Shown: one piece after another, positions 36,260-47,129 of the stretch
How positions within the stretch are numbered: position 1 is the stretch's first letter
Layout of the letters: the number at the start of each line of letters is the position of its first letter
Source of the DNA: an uncultured Acidobacteriota bacterium
Lineage (GTDB): Bacteria; Acidobacteriota; Vicinamibacteria; Vicinamibacterales; 2-12-FULL-66-21
NCBI GenBank assembly: GCA_963742265.1
Contig: CAVULC010000012.1
Location: forward strand, 1,636-65,635
Direction: 5' to 3'
DNA: 64,000 bases
The notes under the pieces: model-generated
What the model saw: the letters and a program-made list of their open reading frames with translations, nothing else
The model's database searches: none
What the model was told of the DNA's origin: nothing
Translations under genes and position numbers: made by a program

Positions 36260-39129
36260 TCAACGGCCAAGGTCGATCACCGCGATGTCTGAATTCTGCC
36301 GGAGGCGGTCGAACACGATCTGCTTGCCGTCCGGCATGACGTCAAAAGTCCGCATCTGCACATTGGTCTTGAGATCTGTCAGCTGCCGTTCCTGTCCGGT
36401 CTGCAGGTTGACAGCGTAGAAGTTTCGTCCACCGCCGATGAAAAGTCCCTCTTTCACGAACACGAGCTCGGTGCCGTTTGGAGCGAATCGATATGGAGTC
36501 CCCATGACATAGTCGACGCGGATGTCGGGCAGGGCAACCGGCACCTTGTCGGGGGTAATTCCCTTGGCGAGGAACGTCGATCCTTGAAGTGGTTCTGAAT
36601 AGACGATCATCTGTCCCGTCGGGGACCACACCGGGTTGTACGACGCCGTCTCGGTCAGGCGCACTGCTGCTCCATCGTCGACCGACACCTTGAACACGTA
36701 CGTGCCCTGCCCGTCGTTGCCGGCGACCACGACCCACTTGCCATCGGGAGACCACGATGCGGGGCTCCGCACATCGAAGGCACCGGTGAGAAGGCGTACG
36801 TTCAGCCCATCGGAGTTCATCAGGTAGAGATGTGACCGTCCCTGCGGTACGAGTACGAGAAGCAGATGCGCGTCCCGTCCGGGGATACGGCGGGTGCCGC
36901 GATCACCCCTCCGTCGGTTCCCTTCCATAGCTCGACGACCTCGTTGTTCTGCATTTTCCAGAGGCCGTCTCCACCGCCTCGTGACGACAGAAACAACAGA
37001 GAGTCGGCGGCCGCATGCGGACTGAGCGCACGGGCATTCGGAATTGCCAGGCGAACCACGTCCGCTTCACTCTGGATTCGGTCCGAGATCGGCACCGTCC
37101 ACAGGCTGGAAGTGGGTACGGAGATGGAGGCGACCAGCCGGCGAGGCTGGGCGCTGCTGACCGCAACCGACAGATACCGCTCGGTGATGCCTGAGCTCAC
37201 CCTGTGCGGGACACCACGTTCGACATCCATTGCGTACAGCCATTGCCCCGAGCCGTCTTGCGACGTGCCGGCATAGATCAGGGTCCGCTGGTCGATCCAG
37301 CCAAGGTAAGACACCATGGCATTGTGCGATGTGACCCGCTCGGGTTGGGCTGACCCGGGCGAGGTGGTCGGGATTCGCCAGATGTCCATCTCCTCGCTGG
37401 TCGGGAACCCCTTCACGAAGTAGATGAAGCGCCCGTCCGGCGACCAGGTCAGATGATGGCAATGGCCTCGTGGACCGGCGGTGAAAATCTGTTTGGGATT
37501 CCGGCCGCTCCGATCCGCCATGAACATGGGATCCCCCGGTGCGGCGGTGTGATACACCATCATGGTTCCATCGGGCGACCACGCCGGCTCCATGGCGTCG
37601 GCCAGAACCGGACGCGGAGCGCCCCCCAGCACCGAGGCGAGCAGGATTCGATATGGTCCGGAACCCTGACCGTCTGAGATCCAGACTTGGCTGCCGTCGC
37701 CGGTGAAACCCAGCTTGCGAATCACCGCGGGCGCAATCGGAACCTTCCCCTCTGTGATGTTGACGAACTGGTTGGTGCCGATCGGGTTCAGCCACACATC
37801 AAACGATCCGGCGCGATCGGACAAGAACGCCATGAGCTTTCCGTCGGGTGAGATCGCCGCGTCCATTTCCTCCCCAGCGAAGTCAGTCAGCCGTTCGGTT
37901 CGCGTCGCGCCGGCCAGCGGGTTTCGCCAGAAATAATCGCGCTGCGCCAGCGACCACGTCGTCAATGCCGCCAGGGCCGCGAGGGCCGCAGCGATGGCCG
38001 CGACTCTCCATGTCCGCCGGCTGTGCGCGCCGCTTGTCGTCGAGGACGGACCGGCTCCTTGTGCAGCCGAGATCTGCCGGCGGACCTCTTTCAGCTGCAC
38101 GACAACGTCGCGCATCGATTGGAAGCGCTTCGCGACGTCTTTCTCCAGACCCCTCTGCACGACCGCGCGCAGGGACGCTGGAATGTGTTCCGCTAAAGGT
38201 ACTGGCGTCGCGACGGCGATGCTTTGCATCACCTCGAAGTCTGTCTGCCCCGGAAAGGCTTGCCTCTGGGTCAGCACTTCGTACAGAACAGCGGCGAAGG
38301 AGAAGATGTCGCTCCGCGCGTCGAGTGGTCTTCCCGACGCTTGTTCCGGCGACATGTAGGCAAGGGTGCCCATCACCATTCCCGACCGTGTCAGATCCTC
38401 TTGCGACCGGGGAGATCCGACCGGCACTGGTTCGTCGATCCTGGCTAATCCGAAGTCGGCGAGTTTCGCGTAGCCGTTCTTCGCGACCAGGATGTTGGTC
38501 GGCTTGACGTCGCGGTGCAGTATCCCGGCCGCATGCGCGGTGGCCAGACCGTCGGCCACTCCGATCAGCAGTTCGACGACCTCCTCCCACGTCCGGGTTG
38601 CCGCACGCGCCCAGTCCTTGAGCGTGCCGCCGTCGATGAACTCGGTGACCAGGTACTGCCATTCATCGAACTCGCCGATATCGTGAACGGTCAGGATGTG
38701 CGGATGGTTGAGCGAGGATGCCGCCTCGGCTTCGCGCCGGAATCGCCGTAGAGTGGTGGGGTCGGTGCCACGGCCGGACACGAACTTGATCGCGACGCGG
38801 CGATTGAGCTTCGTGTCGATGGCGCTGTAGACGATGCCCATCCCGCCGGCACCGAGTGGCGCTTCGATTCTGTAGGCTCCGACCTGGACGCCGGCCGACA
38901 GCCGGCGAATCTCTGAAGCGTTTGCCAGCCGGGCATCGTGGACCCACACCGGAGCGTCAATCGGGCTACCCGAATTCGATTCCCCCTGCGCCATCAGCGA
39001 CTCGACTTCGCGTCGCAGGTCCTGATCACCGCCGCAAGCGCTTTCCAGGAAAGCGCCGCGGGCCTCCGGCTCGAACTCCAGCGCCGAGTGGTAGAGCTCT
39101 TCGACCTGCTGCCAGCGCTCGGGATCCAT
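36260..39129 (-). CDS. Ser/Thr protein kinase with one TM helix and a C-terminal TolB-like beta-propeller; one frame shift
   Basis: ORF 36820..39129: Hanks kinase motifs (GAGGMGIVY, HRDVKPTNIL, DFGLA, YMSPEQ) and TM VAAIAAALAALAALTTW. The propeller continues in ORF 36260..36928. Shift near 36850. Confidence 0.85.
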
Positions 39130-39231
39130 CGAGGAGGCCTATCATGACGCGTTCGGCCTGCATCTCCAAAAGCGCTGGCGGGTGAACGGTCGAGTTGTTC
39201 GCGTGGCGCAGCGGCAACGTGTCGCGGTGTA

Positions 39232-39900
39232 TTGCGAGGAGGAACCATGTCGCCGACGCGCTCATCGGCAGGAGATCCGATTCCAACGGGATGCCGGGTC
39301 ATCGAAGTCCGCGTGGCCGAACTGCGTCAGCTTTTCAACGCCATCGATCCCTCACCATTCCGCGACCGTGACCTCGACCCTCGTGCCGACGAATTCATCG
39401 TCGAATGGGCTCGTGATCTGCCGCGCGACGCACCGCTGGCCTTGCTGGTCCACCTGGAACGGAGCGCCGGGCCGGAAGAGGAAGCACTGCTGCTGGCTGA
39501 GTCGGTTCACCAGTACTTCAATCAACGCGCTCTGCAGTCACGCCGGCGGCTTCGCGAGTTGTTTCGTCGCGGCCGCATCAGCCTGGTGATCGCTCTCGCG
39601 TTCCTCGGCGCGTCGATCGCCGCTGGCGACACCGTGGCCAGCTTCCTTCACGAGACTCACCTTGAAGAGATCGTCCGCGAGGGGTTTCTCATCGGCGGGT
39701 GGGTGGCGATGTGGCGTCCGCTGGAGGTGTTCCTGTACGACTGGTGGCCGATTCGCGCGGAGGCTCGGCTCTTCGATCGGCTGGGTACGATGCCCGTGCG
39801 GATCGAGTACAACGAGACGACAACGAGCGACGCCTGGCGGAACGATTGGCCGGTAGTGCCGGCCGTACCGCGTAGTAAGGATCCCCGGGCTGAAAACTGA
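39232..39900 (+). CDS. conserved-looking membrane protein of unknown function
   Basis: ORF 39232..39900. Soluble N-terminal half (...FNAIDPSPFRDRDLDPRADEFIVEWARDL...), then two hydrophobic segments (ISLVIALAFLGASIAAG, GFLIGGWVAMW). Divergent from the kinase gene. Confidence 0.5.
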   Translation: MRGGTMSPTRSSAGDPIPTGCRVIEVRVAELRQLFNAIDPSPFRDRDLDPRADEFIVEWARDLPRDAPLALLVHLERSAGPEEEALLLAESVHQYFNQRALQSRRRLRELFRRGRISLVIALAFLGASIAAGDTVASFLHETHLEEIVREGFLIGGWVAMWRPLEVFLYDWWPIRAEARLFDRLGTMPVRIEYNETTTSDAWRNDWPVVPAVPRSKDPRAEN

Positions 39901-39922
39901 TCGGCGGAGAGCGGTCCGGCTC

Positions 39923-42380
39923 TCAGTTGTGCCGGAGAACGATCACCGGATCGACGCGAATCGCCCGGCGAGCCGGCACGGCGCAGCCAAGCAGTCCCGC
40001 GACGACCAGCATGGCGGACGCTGCAACAAAGGTCACGGGATCCGCGGGATCGACCCCCACCAGCATCGCCTTCAACACGCGCGTCGCGGCAAAGGCGCCG
40101 GGCAAGCCGATGACCAGACCGAGCGCGAGCTCAGAGATACCTCGCCGGAAGACCAGGCCCATGATGTTCGTCCCCGACGCACCCAGGGTCATGCGGACGC
40201 CGAACTCGCGCGTTCGCAGGCTGACGGAATGCGCGATGACCGCGTAGAGTCCGACCGAGGCGAGCACCAGCGCGATCGCTGCGAAGATCGCGAACATCGA
40301 TCCGAACACGCGGTACCGCCAGTTGCGCAGCCACAGCGATTCCGCGAGCGGACGCAGCGTTCGTACCGCGAGGTCGGGGTCGAGCTGCTGGACTTCCCGC
40401 CTGATCGTCTCGCCGAGCGTGGCCGGCGGCGACCGTCGTGCGAACGACCACCTCCATGCCGCGCTGCGGTTGCTGGCGATACGGCAGATAGATGACTGGT
40501 GAGAGCTCAAAACTCTCATCGTCCTGGAGAATGTCGGTGGTCACCCCGACGACGGTGAGCCACGGCGCGGGGCCACCCTCACCGGCGGGGGAATCTTCCG
40601 AGGAGAGAATCCGCAGGCGTTTACCGACTGCGGGTTGCCCGGGCCAGGCCTGTCTTGCCAGCATGTCGTTCACGATGACGGCAGCGTTCCCGCCGAAGTC
40701 ATCTGTGGCGTCGAACTCGCGGCCTTCGCGTGGGGTGACGCCCAGCACGCGAAAATATCCTTCGCCGACTATCAGTCCCGCGGCGCGCGGCCGGCTGGTT
40801 GACGGCACGCTCGGCGCGCCTTCGACCTCGAACGTCATGACATCAGGGCTCTCGGCAGGCAGATCCGAAGCGATCGCCACCGCTTCGACACCGGGCAGCG
40901 CCTGCAGACGCTCCTTCAGCCGGTCATAGAACAGCGCCGCACTCTCGACGCCCGGGTATTTTGCCGGCACGCAGGTTCAGGTTCAGCGACAGGATCCGGT
41001 CCGGTTCGATGCCGATGTCCGCGCGGCTCGTGTTCAGCAGGCTCCTGACCATCACGCCGGCGCCGGCGAGCAGGACGACGGCGAGCGACACCTCGGTGAT
41101 GACGAGGACACTCGAAAGCAATCGTGCGGTGCGGCCCTGTCCGGCGGCGTTGCCGCCGTCCTTCAGAGTCGAGTTGATGTCGAGCGCCGACAATTGGAGC
41201 GCCGGCATCAGCCCAAACGCCAGCATCGTCGTCATGGTGATCGCGACCAGGTAGACGATGACGTGGTAGTCGATCGAGAAGTCGATGTGCGGCGGCTTGA
41301 CGGCGGGCACCAGCGCGGCATCGAACACCTGCACGCCCCAGACCCCAGCAGCCATCCCAGCGCCGCACTGGTCACCGCCAGGACCGCACTTTCGACCAGG
41401 AGTTGCTGAATCACGCGACCGCGGCTGGCACCGAGACTCGCGCGGATCGACATTTCCCGCGAGCGGCCGACAGCCCGCGCGAGCAGCAGGTTGGCGACGT
41501 TCGCACACGCGATCACGAGCACGAACGCAACCGCCCAGAGCAGCCACACGAGGACGCGTGTCGTCTGGCCGCCATTGAAGCGGTCGTTGAAGTTCTGGAC
41601 GAGAACGCCGACGTCCTTGTTGGTCTCCGGATAGGCGCTCGCGAGCCGTGGCGCGATGACGTTCATTTCGGAACGGACCGCCGAGAGCGGCGTGTCCGGA
41701 AGCGTCCGCCCGAACATGGTCAGCGTCCGCGCACCGCGCCGCTGCATGGCGTCGGTCTGCACCAGCGGCAGCCACAGATCGCTGGCGCCTGGAAACGTCA
41801 TTCCCTTCGGCATGACGCCGATGATCGTTGTCGGCACATCGTTGACGCGGATCGTCTTGCCTACGATCGAGACGTCCGCCCCGTATCGCGTCTGCCAGAC
41901 TCCGTCGCTGATGATGACCACGGGCGGCGCCCCACGCGCGGCGTCGTCGTCGCGAAAGTCGCGGCCCTGCACCGGCCGCTGGCCGATGACAGAGAAGGCA
42001 TTCGGCGTCATCTGTGCACAGCGGTATCGCTCGGCAAACCCACGTCCATCGCTGACGTCAACTGAACAGGTGGTCATCGCCGCCATGTCGACGAGAGACT
42101 TCGCCTGGCCGCGGTAGTCGACGAAGTCCGGATACGAGACGCCGCGTGCGACGTCCGGACGCGAGGTAGTGGCGGACGATATGTAAAGGATCCGGTCGCT
42201 GTCGTCGAACGGAAGGTTCTTGAACAGGAAGGCGTTCGTCAGCGTAAAGACGGTGACGTTGGCGCCGATCGCGAGCGCGAGTGCGGCGACCGACGCAACG
42301 GTGAAACCGGGGTGTCGCAGCAGCAGCCGCAAGGCGTGTCGCAGGTCGGTGCTGAATGTCTCGAGCGCCAGGCGGCCCAC
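39923..42380 (-). pseudogene. ADOP-family duplicated FtsX/MacB-type ABC permease (no adjacent ATPase), frame-shifted
   Basis: N-terminus FSTDLRHALRLLLRHPGFTVASVAALALAIGANVTVFT (ORF 41232..42380). Further parts in 40924..41775, 40131..40970 and 39923..40519 (ends ...RRAIRVDPVIVLRHN). At least three frame switches. Confidence 0.8.
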
Positions 42381-42480
42381 GCCACAGATTGTAGAGGCAA
42401 GTCACATAGAATGCGGATGCGCTTCGAGTGCACGGCCGCGATGACGGCCTTTGACCGGATCTCACGGAGGACTACGCGCC

Positions 42481-42765
42481 ATGGCTGAGTGGGTGTACGC
42501 GCAGAACGACCCCGCCGAGGAGCTGGGCCAGCTTCATTACTTCTCGTTCAAGAAGCGGCTGCCGGACGGCGAGGTCGAGTTCGTGATCACGGTGAAGGAA
42601 TTCGCGGTCCGGAATCGGCTGCACATGCAGTTCTACGCACAGGCCGACAAAGAGGTCAACCAGAAGACCGCGCCATTCCGTCCGTTCGGATGGGGCGATT
42701 CGCTGCTGAGGGCGCTCGGCGAATGCCTGCGCATCATCCGCGAGCACCCTTACGAGCCCGGATAG
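42481..42765 (+). CDS. small cytoplasmic protein, unknown function
   Basis: Inner ATG (MAEWVYAQNDPAEELGQLHYFSFKK...) of ORF 42451..42765. No recognisable motif. Confidence 0.45.
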   Translation: MAEWVYAQNDPAEELGQLHYFSFKKRLPDGEVEFVITVKEFAVRNRLHMQFYAQADKEVNQKTAPFRPFGWGDSLLRALGECLRIIREHPYEPG

Positions 42766-42794
42766 TGGCCCCCGCGCAGAACATTCTGTTCGCG

Positions 42795-43334
42795 CTATTC
42801 GAATCGCACGGACACGGCGGTCGAGCAGCCGGTTCGATAGACGGTGCCGTCAGCCTTGTAAAACGCGTTGGTCCCCGATGACGTGGCGTGGTTGGCGTCG
42901 ATGAGCTCGACGGTGTGAGAAACGACCGACCAGCCTGCGAAGAACCCTGGCGACCTGGGGAAATTGGGTGCGGTATCGAAGTTGATCAAGTTCACGATCC
43001 GTTGGGTGTAAGTATTGCGGCCTTCGAAGCTCCACGTACCGTGTCCGTCGCTTCGCTGGCCAGCAGCGAACGCCGGACTGCCCGTCGTCTCGCTGAGCGT
43101 TCCACCACGATGGAACGTCACCAGCGAGCTGAATGGCGGGCCGATCGGTGCGTCGGTCGAACAGTCCCGCAGCGTGACTTGTACGAACCAGGTGCCTTCG
43201 AGGCCTGTCTTGGACGCGGACTCGTTCGACTGCGCCAGCCCGGCGCTTCCCGTCGAGATGAGTAACGCGCCCGCCAGACCTATGGCCGCTGCGACGCGAC
43301 TCGTACCGAATGCTTTCGTTGGATTCAAGTTCAT
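42795..43334 (-). CDS. secreted beta-rich (lipocalin-like?) protein, unknown function
   Basis: Inner ATG at 43334 of ORF 42795..43394. MNLNPTKAFGTSRVAAAIGLAGALLISTGSAGLAQ signal peptide, then GTWFVQVTLRDC...GTWSFEG.... Confidence 0.55.
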   Translation of the reverse strand: MNLNPTKAFGTSRVAAAIGLAGALLISTGSAGLAQSNESASKTGLEGTWFVQVTLRDCSTDAPIGPPFSSLVTFHRGGTLSETTGSPAFAAGQRSDGHGTWSFEGRNTYTQRIVNLINFDTAPNFPRSPGFFAGWSVVSHTVELIDANHATSSGTNAFYKADGTVYRTGCSTAVSVRFE

Positions 43335-43517
43335 GGTCGGTCTCCCGCCGGTGCGCCGCGTCGACATGACGTCGCCCGCATCCGGCAGGCACATCCTGCA
43401 TTCGCACGAGGAGAGCTGCCCATGGACAGAGCCTTACAAAAACATGGAATTTTGCTGGACCCGTAAGTAGCACCAGAGGCTCGACTTATGACAATGTAGG
43501 CTCTCCCGGACACCCTG

Positions 43518-45422
43518 ATGCAACCCGCGGCGCCGCACGAGACATTTCGATTTGGTGATTTCGAGCTCAATGTGGCGGCGTACGAGCTCCGCCGCCTGGG
43601 TCGTCCGGTCAAGCTCGGGCGCCAGCCCCTGGACCTGCTGATCCTGCTGGTCGAAGGTCGCGGTCATCTCGTATCCCGCAGCGAGATCGTCGATCGTCTT
43701 TGGGGCAAAGACGTCTTCGTCGACGTCGACACCGGCGTCAACACCGCGATCAGCAAGATCAGACAGGCGCTCCGCGACGCGTCCGAGGCGCCGGCGTTCG
43801 TGGAGACCGTTCCGGGTAAGGGCTATCGCTTCATCGCCGATGTGGAGATCGTCGGGCAGGCTGCGCCACGTTCGGCCGATCACCATACACCCGAGCCCTT
43901 ACCGGCGACAGCCCAGGAACTGCCCACAGCCCAACCGTCAATTCGATGGCGGATCGCTGCAGTTGCCCTGATCCTGGCCATTGGAGTCGGGATTGCCGCT
44001 TTCACCAAACTGAAGGGCGGAACGGTCAACAGCAGCGTAACGCTGGCCGTGCTGCCGTTCGTGAATCTCGGCAGCGATCCGGAGCGCGAGTACCTGGCTG
44101 CTGGACTCACCGACGACACCAGCGCCTCGCTCGCGCAGATCGATCCGGCGCATCTGAGCGTCAAGGGACGGACACTTCGTTACAAGGGCACGACCAAGAG
44201 CGCCGCCGAGATCGGCCAGGAGCTCTCGGTCGACTACCTGGTGGAGAGCTCGCTTCGCGCGGAAGGGGCCAAGCTGCGAGTCACCGTCACCTTGATTCGC
44301 GTCAGAGACCAGGAGCACGTGTGGTCGCAGTTCTACGAACGTGAGCCGACCAGCCTGCTCGGATTGCAGCAGGAGCTGAGCACTGCGATCGCCGAGCAGA
44401 TCCGCCTTCGCCTCACACCGGATCGGATCAGCGGTCTTGGCCGCCGCCAGACGCAGAGCGCCGAGGCCTATGACGCCTACCTGCGGGGACGATACCAGGT
44501 GCAACTTCGCACGCCGGACGGGAACGGGCGCGCGATCGAGTTGTTCAACCGTGCACTGGCAATCGATCCGAACTATGCGCTCGCCTGGTCCGACCTGGTA
44601 TTCGCTTATGCAGGCGGCGCCATCAATAGCGATGCGCGGCCAGCCGATGTCGGTCCGCGGGCCAGATCCGCCGCGCTGAACGCCGTCCGTGCCAACCCCG
44701 ATCTGTCGGAATCGCAGACGGCACGCGCATACGTATCGTGGATGCTCGACTGGGATTGGAAGGCGGCGGAGGCCGGATTCAGGCTGGCCGTGGACCTCGA
44801 TCCCAGCAACGTGAACGCGCGGCGGCTGCTGGCTCACACGCTCTCGCAATCGGGACATCACGATGAAGCGGAGAGCGTCATGCGACGGGCGCGCGAGCTC
44901 GATCCCACGGACCCGCTGACGGAGGGGTTATCGTCCGTCATCGCGTCTCAACGGCGCGACGCTGCGGCCGCCCTGGACCACGCGCGACGCGCGATTTCGC
45001 TCGAACCCCGCTTCTGGATCGGCTCCGTCACCCTGGCATTCGCGTATCAGCTCGCCGGTGACAACGAGCTCGCGCTCGAAGCTCTCGCCGATACCGTTCG
45101 ACTTCCCGGCGGCGGGAACAGCAAGGCCATTTCTCTCAAGGGGTACACTCTTGCGCGAATGGGACGAGCGGACGCAGCACGCGAGGTGCTGGCGACGCTG
45201 GATGCCATCTCCCGTGAGCGGTACATGCCGCCCTACGCTTCAGCGTTGGTGTACGCGGGCCTCGGCGAGCGCGAGCCGATGTTCGAGGCGCTCGAGCGAG
45301 CCTACGCGGAACGCGACGTCCATCTGATTTACCTGCCGGTGATGTGGCAGTGGGATCCTTACCGGACGGATCCTCGATTCATCGATCTACTGGCACGCTG
45401 CGGCTTTAAATCTGCGCACTGA
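43518..45422 (+). CDS. CadC/ToxR-like membrane-bound transcriptional regulator: OmpR/PhoB wHTH, one TM helix, TolB_N-like module and TPR repeats
   Basis: ORF 43518..45422. FRFGDFELNVAAYELRRLGRPVKL...VETVPGKGYRF; TM WRIAAVALILAIGVGIAAF; VTLAVLPFVNLGSDPEREYLAAGLTDD...; TPR-like C-terminus. Confidence 0.8.
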   Translation: MQPAAPHETFRFGDFELNVAAYELRRLGRPVKLGRQPLDLLILLVEGRGHLVSRSEIVDRLWGKDVFVDVDTGVNTAISKIRQALRDASEAPAFVETVPGKGYRFIADVEIVGQAAPRSADHHTPEPLPATAQELPTAQPSIRWRIAAVALILAIGVGIAAFTKLKGGTVNSSVTLAVLPFVNLGSDPEREYLAAGLTDDTSASLAQIDPAHLSVKGRTLRYKGTTKSAAEIGQELSVDYLVESSLRAEGAKLRVTVTLIRVRDQEHVWSQFYEREPTSLLGLQQELSTAIAEQIRLRLTPDRISGLGRRQTQSAEAYDAYLRGRYQVQLRTPDGNGRAIELFNRALAIDPNYALAWSDLVFAYAGGAINSDARPADVGPRARSAALNAVRANPDLSESQTARAYVSWMLDWDWKAAEAGFRLAVDLDPSNVNARRLLAHTLSQSGHHDEAESVMRRARELDPTDPLTEGLSSVIASQRRDAAAALDHARRAISLEPRFWIGSVTLAFAYQLAGDNELALEALADTVRLPGGGNSKAISLKGYTLARMGRADAAREVLATLDAISRERYMPPYASALVYAGLGEREPMFEALERAYAERDVHLIYLPVMWQWDPYRTDPRFIDLLARCGFKSAH

Positions 45423-46035
45423 GACCACTCTCGACGTGGACGGCAGCATCCCTGGCCGCATCGTCAAGATTCCTGCCGCGCTCGCGCGCGACGATGAAGG
45501 CACTGTACCAGTCAGACCAATGGTGCGCCGGTGCTGTCGGTTCGTAATCGCCGTGGCGCTTTTCTGCCTCGCGCAATAACTCCGTCAACGTCGACACGTC
45601 GAGGCCGAGCCCTCGTCCGGCAAGCCGTGTCTTCACCTCCTGAAGTACCCACTTGTTTCCGTCCGGATCGGCGAATGAGGCGTAGGAGCCGTAAGACTGA
45701 CGGGACGGGTTCAATCCCGGCACCGGGTGATGCTCACCGTCGAAATGAAAAATATCACTCACCTTGACGCCGTGGGCGATGAGGTCGCCGCGTGCCGACT
45801 CTATATCGGAGACCACGAGCAGCATTTTGTGCGCAGATCCGGGGACACCCGTTGCATCGAGATGGACCGAGCACGGCGATCCGGGAGGTGTCAGCTGCAC
45901 CGCGCGGAAGTTCTTGCCGACCATGAAATCGGCGTCGAGAGTCCAGCCCAATCCCTGGTAAAAGGCCTTGGCGCGATCGATGTCGGAGACCGGGATGCCG
46001 ATGACTTCGAGCTTCAGATCGAGGGCGGTGCTCAT
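45406..46035 (-). CDS. VOC (glyoxalase/bleomycin-resistance) family protein
   Basis: ORF 45406..46035. LEVIGIPVSDIDRAKAFYQGLGWTLDADF... is a typical VOC beta-alpha-beta start. Confidence 0.7.
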   Translation of the reverse strand: MSTALDLKLEVIGIPVSDIDRAKAFYQGLGWTLDADFMVGKNFRAVQLTPPGSPCSVHLDATGVPGSAHKMLLVVSDIESARGDLIAHGVKVSDIFHFDGEHHPVPGLNPSRQSYGSYASFADPDGNKWVLQEVKTRLAGRGLGLDVSTLTELLREAEKRHGDYEPTAPAHHWSDWYSAFIVARERGRNLDDAARDAAVHVESGLSAQI

Positions 46036-46049
46036 GTGACCTCCGTTAC

Positions 46050-47129
46050 TTGTTACAGCATAATGCGTCCGTGAACAGACGGCATTTCCTGAGCGCGCTC
46101 GCCGCTGGATTGACTCTTCCTGCCGTGCTCACGGCCCGGCAGCGCGTGCCCGCCCGCAAGAACTGGGCGTGGCTGCGCGGCGACACGAGCGACGTGGACG
46201 CCTGGAAGCGAATGCTGTCCGGACTGAAAACAGCGGGTTTCGACGCCGTCCTGATCGCCGGCGACGCAGCGTTCTATCGGACGCACGTGCCGATCGCCCG
46301 CGACGCCGGGCTCGAGCTGCACGCGTGGATGTTCACGATGATGCGTGGCGAGAACGTGACGGCACACCCAGAGTGGTACGCGGTCAGCCGCAGCGGCGTG
46401 TCGACGGCCGTCAAACCGCCGTACGTCGATTACTACAAGTTCATGTGTCCATCGCGTCCGGAGGTCCGGGAGTACCTGCGTGGCGTGGTGCGCGAGATCG
46501 CAGCGGTCGACGGACTGGCGAGCGTCCACCTCGATTACATCCGCTATCCGGATGTGATCCTGCCAGTGGCACTGTGGGCCAAGTACAAGCTGGTGCAGGA
46601 CCGTGAGCATCCGGAATTCGACTTCTGCTACTGCGACGTGTGCCGCGGCAATTTCACGAAACAGTCAGGGTTGGACCCGCGCGCGCTGCCGGACCCGCCC
46701 GCGAATAGCGCGTGGCTGCAGTACCGGTACGACACGATCACGCGCGTGGTCGGGGAGCTCTACGACGTGGCGCATGCGGCCGGAAAGCCGCTCACCGCCG
46801 CTGTCTTTCCAACGCCGGCGATCGCCCGGAAACTGGTCCGGCAGGACTGGACGAAATGGAAGATCGATGCGCTGCTGCCGATGATCTACAACGGGTTTTA
46901 CCAGGAGAACGTCGACTGGATCGAGCGCGCGACGCGCGAAGGCGTGCAGGCGCTTGGCAGCAGGATCCCTCTCTACAGCGGCCTCTATGTTCCGGATCTT
47001 CCACCAGCGGATCTCGCGAGGGCGGTCGAACGCGCAATGGCCGGCGGTGCAAGCGGCATCAGTGTCTTCGAAGGCAGCATGCTCACGCCTGACTATCTGA
47101 AGGCGCTTGCTCCGGTCCTGCGGAGATGA
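46050..47129 (+). CDS. TIM-barrel glycoside-hydrolase-like protein (GHL10/DUF187-like) with Tat-type signal
   Basis: ORF 46050..47129. NRRHFLSALAAGLTLPAVL is a twin-arginine-like leader. ...LELHAWM...VHLDYIRYP... is as in GHL10 proteins. Confidence 0.5.
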   Translation: MLQHNASVNRRHFLSALAAGLTLPAVLTARQRVPARKNWAWLRGDTSDVDAWKRMLSGLKTAGFDAVLIAGDAAFYRTHVPIARDAGLELHAWMFTMMRGENVTAHPEWYAVSRSGVSTAVKPPYVDYYKFMCPSRPEVREYLRGVVREIAAVDGLASVHLDYIRYPDVILPVALWAKYKLVQDREHPEFDFCYCDVCRGNFTKQSGLDPRALPDPPANSAWLQYRYDTITRVVGELYDVAHAAGKPLTAAVFPTPAIARKLVRQDWTKWKIDALLPMIYNGFYQENVDWIERATREGVQALGSRIPLYSGLYVPDLPPADLARAVERAMAGGASGISVFEGSMLTPDYLKALAPVLRR

